From assembly GCA_964304625.1 (NCBI GenBank), contig OZ199839.1:11314847-11378846 (forward strand): a DNA stretch of 64,000 nt. The letters run 5' to 3'. Positions 26,147 through 37,508 of this stretch are shown here, one piece after another. Origin of the DNA: Kudoa neothunni. Its lineage: Eukaryota > Animalia > Cnidaria. Position 1 is the stretch's first letter. Each line of letters begins with the position of its first letter. A model generated the notes under the pieces. It saw only the letters and a list, made by a program, of their open reading frames with translations, was not told the origin of the DNA and did not search any database. The position numbers and the translations under genes are program-made.

Positions 26147-27243
26147 ATGAGTGGTAATTATGTATAACATAGTTGATTTGTATAATATTTATGAAATAAA
26201 TAAGATACCAGTAACGATTCTCAAATTACAGCCCCCAAAAAAACGAGACGGACAATCTCAAATGTCACAAGGTCAATGATTATTAACCAATGTGAAAAAA
26301 AATATAGCAACTCTATAATTGCAGAAAACGTCGGTGTACATCGATGCACCGTTGCTTCAATTGTAAAAGCCTACCTAGTTGACGGAAAGGTAGAATCTTT
26401 AAAGCGGGGTGGCGATTATTCCACAAAGCTAACTGATGAACAAAAGTTGTTTATTAGAAATTGGGTGGACGAAGACGCAACAATTACTCTCAAAGCCCTT
26501 CGCCTGAAATTAATTGACGAATGTGGAGTAAGCGTAAGTGCAAGCACTATTAACAGATGCTTGAAACAATTCCACTATTCGTTAAAAATAGTTACAATTG
26601 TCCCCGAGCGAAGGAATTGTGAGAATACTTTAGAACAGCGCCTGGTGTATGCTCAAAACTTTAACTCAAAAATTCTTGAGATTGAAGATAAAAATTTTAT
26701 TTTTATCGATGAAGTTGGGTTCAGCGTATCTACGCGAACTAGAAAAGGTCGTTCCCTTGCTGGTACATCAGCTTACGTTCCTGTTGGAGGCGTTAGAACA
26801 AGGAACATATCCGTTATAGCCTCAATGAGTAAATACGGTATGGTATTTTATAAAGTTAATCGGCGACCAGTGAATGGAGAGGATTTTAAGGAATATCTTA
26901 TTGAGCTAGTAGATTTTTGTCACTCGATCGAAATAGATAATCCATGCTTCATATTGGACAACGCGAGAATTCATCATTATCGTGGACTTACAGATGTGCT
27001 GAACTCTATGCAATTGATATTGATGTACCTGCCTCCATATTCGCCATTTTTGAACCCGATCGAAATGTGTTCAGTAAATGGAAGAACCATGTTATACGGG
27101 GCTCAGCAAGGGATGAACCTGATCTTTTAAACCTAATAGATGATGGGTTTAAAATTATCACTCCTGACGATTGTTCCGGATACTATCGAAAGATGCTTCG
27201 ATATGTTTCCAGATGTCTCAACAGAGAAATTATTATGGAATAA
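26147..27243 (+). CDS. DD34E transposase (HTH + DDE_3), 51-nt intron at 26154-26204, 1-nt frameshift near 27064
   Basis: Motifs IFIDE, ILDNARIH and LPPYSPFLNPIE, with 34 residues between the second D and the E. Adding one A at GAAATG restores PIENVFSKWK into ORF 26944-27243. The ATG at 26147 splices in frame (MSDTSNDSQITAPKKTRR). Confidence 0.9.
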
Positions 27244-27501
27244 ATATAAATTTTATCATCTTTAAGAAGATTATATATTATATCCTCCCAATTTGACATT
27301 ATTATTTTATACGCGCATCAAAACTGCGGAATTTGTAATTAATCTTGAGTTACATCTAGTGCTGTGTTAATTTAGTAAAGTTTATTTCATTTAAGCTTAA
27401 TCACGTTTATCGTTGTGTATAAAAATTTTGTTTTTAATCTCGACTTGTTAAAAAAGTTCAAATTATTTCTTTTATTAGTTAATGCAGCAAACCCTGGAAT
27501 C

Positions 27502-27851
27502 GTGTTGTTAAAGCTTGACACAATGTTGTTAAAGCTTGACACAATGTTGTTAAAGCTTGACACAATGTTGTTAAAGCTTGACACAATGTTGTTAAAGCTT
27601 GACACAATGTTGTTAAAGCTTGACACAATGTTGTTAAAGCTTGACACAATGTTGTTAAAGCTTGACACAATGTTGCTAATGCTTGACACAATGTTGTTAA
27701 TGCTTGACACAATGTTGCTAATGCTTGACACAATGTTGCTAATGCTTGACACAATGTTGCTAATGCTTGACACAATGTTGCTAATGCTTGACACAATGTT
27801 GCTAATGCTTGACACAATGTTGCTAATGCTTGACACAATGTTGTTAAAGCT
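27502..27851. repeat. 21-bp minisatellite (16 full units plus a partial one) forming the expanded right TIR of the Tc1/IS630 element
   Basis: Unit GCTTGACACAATGTTG(T/C)TAA(A/T). Inverted copies of the unit occur at 26031-26085 in the left TIR. Confidence 0.97.
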
Positions 27852-28531
27852 CGGAAAACCCTATAATTTTCAACTTCGATAGCTTGTTAGTTTATTTAAC
27901 AACTTTTATTGTTTCTAAAGACATCCCATTACAAAGGGTTACGAGAAAGCCGGAGTTAACTGAAGTTCTCCATTATGTATTCAAAAACTGACTTCATAAG
28001 CTGTGTGGGATCGAACTAAATCTCATTATACCTAGAGGATTAAAATAAACATTACATTCTTCTGAACGTAATCAACGAATTAGGGGCCAATTTAAACCAA
28101 GAGTCTGTGTCATTTTTACGTTCCTAAAAGGATTGCAAATGAGAGATTTGCTACTGTATATAATAGATGTAGATGCAGGTCGATAACGCTAATCTCTCAT
28201 AAAATTGAGATTATCATATCAAATTGGAAATTTTGAGTAATTGATGCAATTTTCATCTGTCCAATAGTTTTGAGATTAATAATTATTAGCAACTTGCTTT
28301 TTTGAACCCACATACACATAGAAACGCGGCAAAACACAGATGCATATGATCTGTTTTGAACAGTATAATGAAATCAATTTTATTGGAAAATTTAGGTATA
28401 GTTTCTAATTTATTTGAATAAAAATGAAAAAATGTTGAACTTAAAATATCATTAAGAAAATCTAATTATTTTTCCTACATCTTCACGTCTGGTTTTGTTA
28501 CACATGCGCCCCAATCGAATACGAAGACTGA

Positions 28532-31500
28532 ATGGATTGCAAACTAAAAAATATTTCGGAAGAAGTGGAAGACGAATGGGATCATATTTCTGAGAAACTT
28601 GAAAACGTCCGAGAAATCGACCGGAAACTTTCTAAGCTTTACAGTTATCAAGTATAAATTGAAGCTGTGTTATACCATATTAATTCATTAATAGTGTAGG
28701 AATGATAACTCTGAAGTATCTTCTGATCTCTATGAATCCAGTAGAAGAAATTTGGAGTCTTTTGCAAATTGTTTTATTAACCGAAAAGTATCCGATTAGC
28801 AGAGATTTTTGTTTCCACTCGAATTATAGAAAAACAGAGAATTATACAATAAAAGAACTGCCACATTTATGGACAAATATTCTGAATTTCGGGATTCTAG
28901 AGTTTTTCTCAAAGTAAATGATTAAACAATATTTTTTCGTCGGTTGTGCAAGCAGGTGATTATTGGCGCTTAAAATTATAATCCATCGTGCCCAATTTAA
29001 GCTCAAAGGATTAATTTAAGAGGTGGCTGTTATATTGACACAGTAAATAATATTCAGATGACACTAGTTTTGACTATGTTTAATTATTTCTGGTTCACCA
29101 CTTCGCTCTCAAGATATTTAAATAATTATATACAATAGATTCTACAAAATCAAATTTGTATATAACTTGTACGAAAGATTTGACGAACTTAAAATCTGTT
29201 ATCTCGCAGGCGTACGTGCCGTTTGGGATAAAAATTTACCTTGCAAATAGCCTCTGTCTATTACAAAATCACACTTGGAGTAATAAACAATATTTGAGGT
29301 TTCTCGTCTACAAAAAATAGTATTTATTAAAAAATAAGATATTTTTAATTATTTAGTTGTTATATATATATATCAATGCGCCTCCCAAATCGATTTTAAA
29401 ATCCGTTTTCGGCTTTTTAACCCCGCAATTCTCAATATTATTGTACCAAAGATTCTTAACTCGAACTGAGCCTAATCGATTCTAAAATATGAGCGTCGAA
29501 ATATTAACTTTATCATTTCGATGAATTATAAAGCATATGAGGAATTTTTACATTAAATGTATTTACCAGTAAATATTTAAATCGTAATGTTTTTCTTTTC
29601 GTTTGTAAAAATCATTAATTCTACCTTTAAAAATAAAAGTTTCTTATTAAATATTCTTTTAAAAATTTGTGTGCTTGAATTTTTTAACGGGTTAATATCA
29701 CCATTTTCGAAGCGAATAAGAGAATTTAAGCGTTTACTGTCAGCTGATGCCTAATTCAGTGAAAACCCAGGTTTATTGTTACCTTCCTGTAAGAATACAC
29801 TAAATATTGACTTTCTAAGTAATAACCTTTAGTATTAGTTGATAATCATTATTTTTGTTTTATAATATATTTAAAATGATATATTGTAATTTATCGAATG
29901 AAATAATAATCTTTTGAATTATTTGGGCATATTTAATAATTTTTTATTATATTAATCAATAATATAATAATAGAGAAAAAATAGAAATATTATATAATCA
30001 GTGTTATTGAATATTGTTTTAATTTTTAAAATAATTTGTCCATTAAATAGTTAATTTTAAAATAATAAATCGACTTTTAGTATCTCTTACATTCTATAAT
30101 GGAAATGGCCAGTATATTTTTTCCAAGAAGAAATTTTCTCCAGTGGCTAATTAATAGCGCTAATAATCACTTTCTTCTTAATATTTGTTTTAATTAATAA
30201 AAAAGGGCCTAACCACTCAAAACCTTCAAAATGATTTCTCCCAATATTATGTCGACACTGGTAAACGACCTCATAATTATATACGCGACACCTCCGTGGA
30301 ATCACGCTACAATTCCTATCCAAAATTGAAAGAGCTTATTCGATTAAAGGTTTCTAAATTGATTCACTATTGTGCATTCTTTCATTTTTAACTATTATTG
30401 TGAATGCCATTGTTTAGGATGAAATAATCGATAAAAGGCGAATTCCCCCATTGTATATACGATACCTGTTTCATATGTGAACAAATTTGTTTAGTCATTT
30501 AAATGAAGACTTGCGTAAATTTGATTTGACGAAATTATGCAACCAATTTGATGTGATTTTAATCCAACCGCCTTTGAATGAATACAAACAACAACATCCA
30601 ATTGTACATCAGAATCTGGATACATGGACATGGGATGAGGTGGTTTGTAGTTTTGATTTTTTTAACTTAATCGTTTGCAGATCAAAGAGTTGAATATTGG
30701 CGCAATAGCATCGCCAAAGTCCTTTTTATTTATGTGGTGTGGCTCCAAAGAAGGATTGGAAAAAGGAAGAGAAGTAACGCTTATGGATTGGTCAATTTTA
30801 TCGATATAATTTTTGCTGTCACCACACAGTGCTTTAGAAAATGGGGTTTTCGAAGATGTGAAGATATCTGTTGGTTGAAAACTGACAAAAAATCTAAATC
30901 CAACCTTCCAATTGTTGTTGAAGGAAACCTACTTCAAAATCAAAAAGAACATCTGCTTATGGGGATCAAAGGAACCGTCCGTAGAAACATGGATGTGCAT
31001 CTCATTCACACGAATATTGATCTTGACGTTATTGTGAATGATGAGGTTATATCTTGGTCAAATATTTAATATGCGTTATTATTATTGTTTAATAATGTGT
31101 AGCAACCTAATGGAAGTTTGGAAAAACCGAGCGAAATCTATCGACTTATTGAACACTTTTGTCTTAGTAGAAAAAGATTATGTTTGTTTGGCGATCGAAA
31201 TTCTTTAAGAGAGGGTGAGTTATAACTTCGAGTTAATAGTTAGTTAATAACTAATACCTCATTGTGTATGATGTTGACTAGATTTTCGTAGGTTGGGTTG
31301 TTGTTGGAAAGGACTTAGATTGCTTCAACTACACGCCGGAACATTATAATTCCTACTTTGAAAATGATGGTGTGCTAATTGGTTCAACCCCTGAAATCGA
31401 ACAACTACGACCCAAATCCCCTGTGCAAAAACGCGTCCCCCAAATTCAGCTACAAAATAATACCACAAATTCTAATCCTTTGATGTTTTTCCGGGGTTAA
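28532..31500 (+). CDS. METTL14: m6A methyltransferase non-catalytic subunit METTL14, multi-exon, 1.3-kb intron (28914-30205)
   Basis: Motifs FRDSRVFLK|GLTTQNLQNDFSQYYVDTGKRPHNYIRD, YPKLKELIRLK, FDVILIQPPL, KWGFRRCEDICWLKT, KEHLLMGIKGTVRR, IEHFCLSRKRL and EIEQLRPKSP. Stop at 31498-31500. The 5' exons are tentative. Confidence 0.95.
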
Positions 31501-31868
31501 TTTATTCTGATTGACCCAATTTTTTGTTTTTTACAATTGAGAAAAATGATGAATTTTTGTTCATATTTTTTCTTTTTTTGTTTCGCAACTATTCCCTTCC
31601 ATTATCTTTTACATCGTAATTCCTCAACTCAAAAACTTGCTTGCACATCCTATAATCAACGATATCCAATTAAAAATAAATTCATACTATGTTGGATGAG
31701 AAAACGAAATCCGCACCTTTTCTGCATACAATAAGACGTACCTTGCTCAAAATTTGTTGAAAATTACTTTCTATTGTGGTCAAATCTCGCATCCCTAAAA
31801 ATCCAAAGTTCTCATCCCCAGCTGAGAAGCGCTAAGCTAATATACACGATAAGGCATTTTATATTTAA

Positions 31869-32359
31869 CCCCTTATGGACCGACTTCTGGCGCTCACGAT
31901 TTGGAGCACCTTGAGTTCCTTGGGCCTAGAGATTAAAAAATTTTAATCATATGATGTTGAATTTTGAAAAAAATATTCTCATTACTCCATTCTTCAGCTG
32001 AACTTTCATCTAATGTATTTATATCTTCTAAGAAATCGTTAGGTTCACCAGATGTTATACATTCGCAGTCCGACGACATTTTAATTCCTTCAAACAAATA
32101 AACTTTTAATTGAGCTGCTGATACGGCAAGAATTCATATTTCTAATTTAATAATACATTAGGTTCTTAACAGCGGATTTAAAGTAAATGAAAAGGGATTA
32201 AAACTAAATAATATAATTTTATAAAATTTAGCTAAACAAACGAAAGAAAAATTTTATGAATATATGTGATATTTGGCCCTCATAATTCGAAGTTTAACCG
32301 AGGAAAGCGGCATTTAATGCATAGGTGGGATCGTGGAGCCCAAGGTGATACATAAATGG
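31869..32359. mobile_element. piggyBac-like MITE
   Basis: TTAA on both flanks. TIR CCCCTTATGGA versus reverse-complemented CCATTTATGTA (8/11). Subterminal inverted motif TGGCGCTCACGAT / GATCGTGGAGCCCA. Confidence 0.6.
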
Positions 32360-33392
32360 TTAATATTGGAGGGTAAATAAAAATAAATTACAACAAGAAT
32401 CAACTTAACTTAACTTAATTACGCATAGATGATAAATTTCTAGTTCGAGTTTTATATTTAAAAATTAATCATTAATAAATTTTTTACATATATTTTAGTT
32501 CACGCTAAATTTTGTCTCAAACGAATCAAAATTATGTTTTGTAGAACATTTTTTGTTATCTATTAATAGTTATTTAAAGAGCGTTATTGATATTATTTCG
32601 CTTTTAATCTATTTAAATTAAAAATTTAATCTATAATGTTTATAGATAAATTTGTTGACATAATAAAATTAAATATTATCCATTTATTGATTTACTAAAA
32701 ATATTTTGTAATCGACAATTTTTTTTGCTCACGCAAACACAAAATATCTGTTTAACGTTTTTTACGCTACGTCATAAATTTTTCTTTGTCAGATTTCCCA
32801 AATTTTTAATTATTTCATATTTAGAACTTTCATAAAATTAAATATAGCTAAAATAAGCTTCTTGAAATAATTACTGTTATAATAAAACGATTTTTATACG
32901 TTGTATTATTCAAAGCAGTGAATATGAATTATCGAGGATTTATAAGAAATTTTTGTAATGACTGTTATTCTAAAAAAGTGTTTTTAATATTAGGTTAATT
33001 AATTCTGATTTTATTTTAATTTTTTATGTTTTTAATTAATGTTAATATGCTTCTGAAACTGCGTTTTGCATTATTAAACATTGTTGTATATTTCGTTGTA
33101 ATTTTGTCGTTGATTGTTACAGATTTTGATTATTTATAACGATTTATGTTTATAATTTAAAATTATATTATTTTTCGGTTTGCAGACTTATTATTTTATT
33201 ATTGCTATTCTGTTCACTTTCAATTAGGAACATCTTTCCAACATATCAATATCTCCTTATTTATTGGATATTAATTACGTTCTATATTTAATTTTTTTAC
33301 ATTTAGTTTTTATATCCCAATAAAAATTATAACAAGTAATTTCATAACAACAGAAGTTTTTATAATAGTCAATTGTGAAAATAAACATGTTT

Positions 33393-33434
<42 letters not shown>

Positions 33435-33507
33435 ATTCAACTCAACTATATTATAGCGGATAATGCTATCTTTTTCGGAATGAGTTATGAAAGGAGACCA
33501 CCTAATA

Positions 33508-34645
33508 CAGGGGTCGGCGACAGATTTGACCGGAAGAGCCAGTTATTGATGTCGAGTAAAAGTTTTCTACTCCCCGAGAGGCAGATTAAATTTAGACTCG
33601 AAAATCAAACTATTCAACTTTGAAAACATGAATACATAAATACATACATACATTTCAGAAAAAGCTGGATAAAATAATCTAATTAGTCTATCTACGAGAT
33701 TTGCTATAATTGATCAACCTATTGTTTTTATTATTAGCAGTATTTTAATGCAGGGAGAAATAACAAAAATAAAAAAGTATGCATTTGAATTTGTCTGATT
33801 ATTTCAAATAATATTTTAATTTCGTTTTTGATAATTTCCATCATGATGAATTATAAATTTTACCATTGTCCTCTATCCAACAAATATACCATATGAAATT
33901 CACTTTAAAAAATATTATGTCAACAAAAAGAAAATTTCAACCATATAATTTAATACTTTAAAATTGAAAGAGTTAACTATTTTCTGGTGTATTTTCCTGA
34001 ATTTAATTATTTCATCAACTTTTTATATGGGGGTTTCTTCGTATTAAAACTAAAGAACGTTTAATATTACAAGAGAATACTTTTTAATGGATAACACTTA
34101 ATGAAAATGTATGTATAACTACTTTTTCATGCAAAAAAGTTGTGCATATAAACAAATAAGATGAATTTTGTATAATACTCAAAAAATATATTTTTGAGTA
34201 GTTTTAGTTTAATAATAACCTTTTCATCAATAAGAATTTTGAAATAATGATAAAAAACTATTTTTTAATTTAAAAAGACATGAAAATTGAGAACATTTAG
34301 AGTTATTGTGCCTCGTTAATTATTGCACATGCATAGGACAATGTTCTATGAGGAATTTTTAATATTTATAAGTTTTTTATTTTTGTTGGGTCTTTTCTTT
34401 CTATATTTAATTTTTACTTTGCAGTTTAAAAAAATTAATTCAAGTTGGTGAAATTGGAGTACCATACATTCATTTCAATACCCACATATTTCCATTAAAA
34501 ATGATTTGTCTGATGTAAATGCAAAATCTGAACGTAGTAATGAGTTCAGCGATTAGAAATTATATAATCTCTTCGCGTGTTAACCTTAGATATTGTAGTT
34601 TATATTATGCAGTAAGGTGGGTGAGCCGTCGGTTGCCGACCCCAG
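33508..34645. mobile_element. hAT (Buster/Charlie-type) non-autonomous element
   Basis: TIRs CAGGGGTCGGCGAC / GTTGCCGACCCCAG. The 8-bp TSD ACCTAATA / GCCTAATT (6/8) has a central TA. Confidence 0.75.
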
Positions 34646-35525
34646 GCCTAATTCATGAAATCTAAAGATTAGCAATGATTTTACGATATCAGGCTCGCTC
34701 GATATTTTAGCCTAATTATTCAAATAACTTTTATTGGTGCAGATTTTTATCCCATCTGGTAAAAAAATGATAAATAATAAAATATTATTTAATATCACAA
34801 TTTTTTTAAATTTATTAATTAACAAATTAATATAAACGAAACAGATTTTTAAATGAATATATTTCTTAGAGAATGTTTCCAAATTATTTTTTTCTACTAG
34901 TTTTTTAATAATATTTCACCTATAAGTGGAAAATATTAATTAAAAATAAATTAAGTTGACTTATGCAAATTAATATAAATAATCTGCTTATTTATTATTT
35001 ATACTGGTTGAAAACTAATTATTCTGCGAAGTAAGGTCACAATAACGCATATTAAAAGTTCTGGAACTAAGTATTTGTAAAGTATTGCTTATATGTTTCA
35101 TCAAATTTTCATAAATACTGGTTTTATAAGCCAATTAATGAAAACTTCCATTATAATTGTTCTTTATTATTATAAGATAGTGCACCCATTTAAATACCTA
35201 AACTAAAACTTCTATTACTGAGGAAAAAATTTTGAATATATTGGAATAACATGATATTATCACAAGAATGTTAGCTGAGATTAATCCGAAATATTATCTT
35301 ATTATATTGCGTAATATATAAAATAAGGAAATTTATTAGATTAACGTATATTTTTACATAGAGCAATAATTCTTGTAAAATTACACAAAAATAATAAATT
35401 CAAGCAACAGCAAAAGTTATAAAAATCAATGCTCTATTTAAATAATAATTTTATAAAATTTAATAAAGAAGTAATTATGTTTAATATGAGATTATAGTTT
35501 AACTGGAGGCGCAATAATCTTACAA

Positions 35526-36955
35526 ATGGGAATTGTTGGAGTGTTACTATTTGTGTTTTTCTGCTCTTTACCAAAATATCATATACCACTGAGGTTGATA
35601 GAAGTTTACAATTAAATTTTTTAACTCAACATAGAGTTCCTTTGATCAAGAGCTTTAAACCAATCGTAGATGAGCAAACAACAAAAAAAACATATAATGG
35701 TTCCAAATTACACCTTGCAAGCATATTGACTGTAACATTTATTCAAGTGATAGACTTTTATTTCTTATGTTTACGTAGTTTCAATATGTGGGAGTTATAT
35801 CCATTGGAACACCTCCACAGAAGTTTTTAGCTATTTTCGACACTGGCTCCTCTGATACATGGGTTTATGCAAAGAATTGTGTACCTGGAAATTTTGTGTG
35901 TAACACTCGAGGCAGAAGATTCGATAGAAGCCAATCGTCCACCTTCATTAGAGCTACTGGAAATAGGGAATATTTTAAAATATCATATGGCCAAGGAGAT
36001 GTTTTTGGAACTGGAGCTATTGATACCGTCAGAGTAATTTGTTGATACCACTTCAATAAATTAGCAGATTTTAGTTAGGGAATTTTGTTGTAAACAATTA
36101 CACCTTGGGTGAAGTTAATTCAACTTTAATTAATTTTATTGGTACCAAGGCGAATGCATTGGTGGGTTTGGGGTTTCCTAAATTATGCAATGTATCCGAA
36201 AAGCCTCTATTCCATGCATTGTTAGACCAATATCCAGATTCCCAGAAAATGTTTTCAGTCTCTTTCAAAAGGTTCAGACTAACTGGAATAAGCATAGTTT
36301 ATTGATATATTAGCGAACCTGATATCAACGGTTATTTTGGTGAAATCATTTTTGGTGGGTACGATGAAAGTCAAGTGGCTGGACCCTTCCATGATGTACC
36401 TCTAAAGTTCAATGGATTTTGGATATTTGAAATTACAAGGTACGATATAAATGGCCTAAAATATTAGTATGTTTTTATTAGAATATCTTTTGGAAATCAT
36501 GTGTTATGTGAGAGAGAATGTCATGGCATATTGGATACCGGCTCTTCTCTTATTGTAGCTTCAGAGGATGCGGCTTATAAGTTGTTCAACCTCATGGGTA
36601 TACCGATAGTCTTCTTCCCTTACGCATTCGATTATGCACATTGTTCCGACGACACAAGATTTAACAATATAACATTTTTAATCAATGGTCACACCTATAA
36701 TGTGACTAAAAGCGATTATTTAAGAGTCGTATTTTTCATCGTTTAATATTCATTGCCACGTATTTGATTGTTTAGTTCAATGATATGTGTTTGGCTCTAA
36801 TTACACCTCTGTCACTTTCTAAAAGAGAAACGCATTGGATTTCGCCCAATTTGAGCAACAAGAACCTATGGATTTTGGGTGATACTTTCATAAGAAATTA
36901 TTACACAATATTTGATGTTGGTGAGAGAAAAATTCGTTTGGCTGACCGAGTCTAG
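35526..36955 (+). CDS. Secreted pepsin-family (A1, cathepsin D/E-like) aspartic protease, copy 1
   Basis: Signal peptide MGIVGVLLFVFFCS, catalytic motifs AIFDTGSSDTW and ILDTGSS, flap YGQG, C-terminal WILGDTFIRNYYTIFD, stop at 36953-55. Confidence 0.93.
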
Positions 36956-37508
36956 AAGATAATGTCATTAACGTTAATTAACGTTCGATTTCTTTGGTGC
37001 GTTTTCTTGCGGTTGGATATATTCATTGAATTTATTAAGCTAATCTAAACAAATATTTAAGTTTTATTTATTTATTTAGTTAGTCTAATCATATCTTTAA
37101 ATATACGTAGAAATATTAGAATGTAGAACTCGTATTATCAACCAGCCTACAATTAAACCAGGAAAAAATTCGTCAGCCCAATACAATTATATGGTATTTT
37201 ATTAAAATTTAAATAAACAAAATATAATAATATTTTTAATAACATTATAAAAAGTTATAAACGAGTTTTAAAATTGGGGTAATCGTTAACCCATGAAAAT
37301 CATAATTATAAATTCAAATATTCTAAACTATTAATAACATAAATAAAACAAATCTATATTTATGGCACACCCACACAAATAGAGTAGCGCCTAACTTCGA
37401 GAGCAAATCGCCCATAACCTAAGTAATAAGGCACCGCCAATCTTATTATCTCGAGGGTCAGGGGTTCGATCCTCATCCATTACAATATTAATTAATATTT
37501 AATGATTT

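Larger units (their letters stand above)
26018..27863 (+). mobile_element. Near-intact Tc1/IS630-type (DD34E) DNA transposon
   Basis: TIRs TAGGGTTTTCCGAGCTTTAACAACA / TGTTGTTAAAGCTCGGAAAACCCTA are flanked by TA (or by TATA if the ends are 26020/27861) and enclose a transposase. Confidence 0.95.

Noticed and set aside
27055-27075. Programmed ribosomal frameshift as in some bacterial IS630 elements
   Set aside because: There is no slippery heptamer, and the break lies right after the catalytic Glu. A 1-nt homopolymer error or mutation is simpler.
27502-27851. CRISPR-like array
   Set aside because: The units are contiguous with no unique spacers, there are no cas genes, and the context is eukaryotic.
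27387-27882. Three overlapping repetitive ORFs (LLKLDTM, SSISNIV and CQALATL repeats)
   Set aside because: They arise from a stop-free 21-bp tandem repeat inside the transposon's right TIR and are not genes.
37425-37480. B-box-like GGTTCGATCC, with a similar stretch at about 23085-23140
   Set aside because: Too short and degenerate to call a tRNA or SINE; possibly old repeat fragments.
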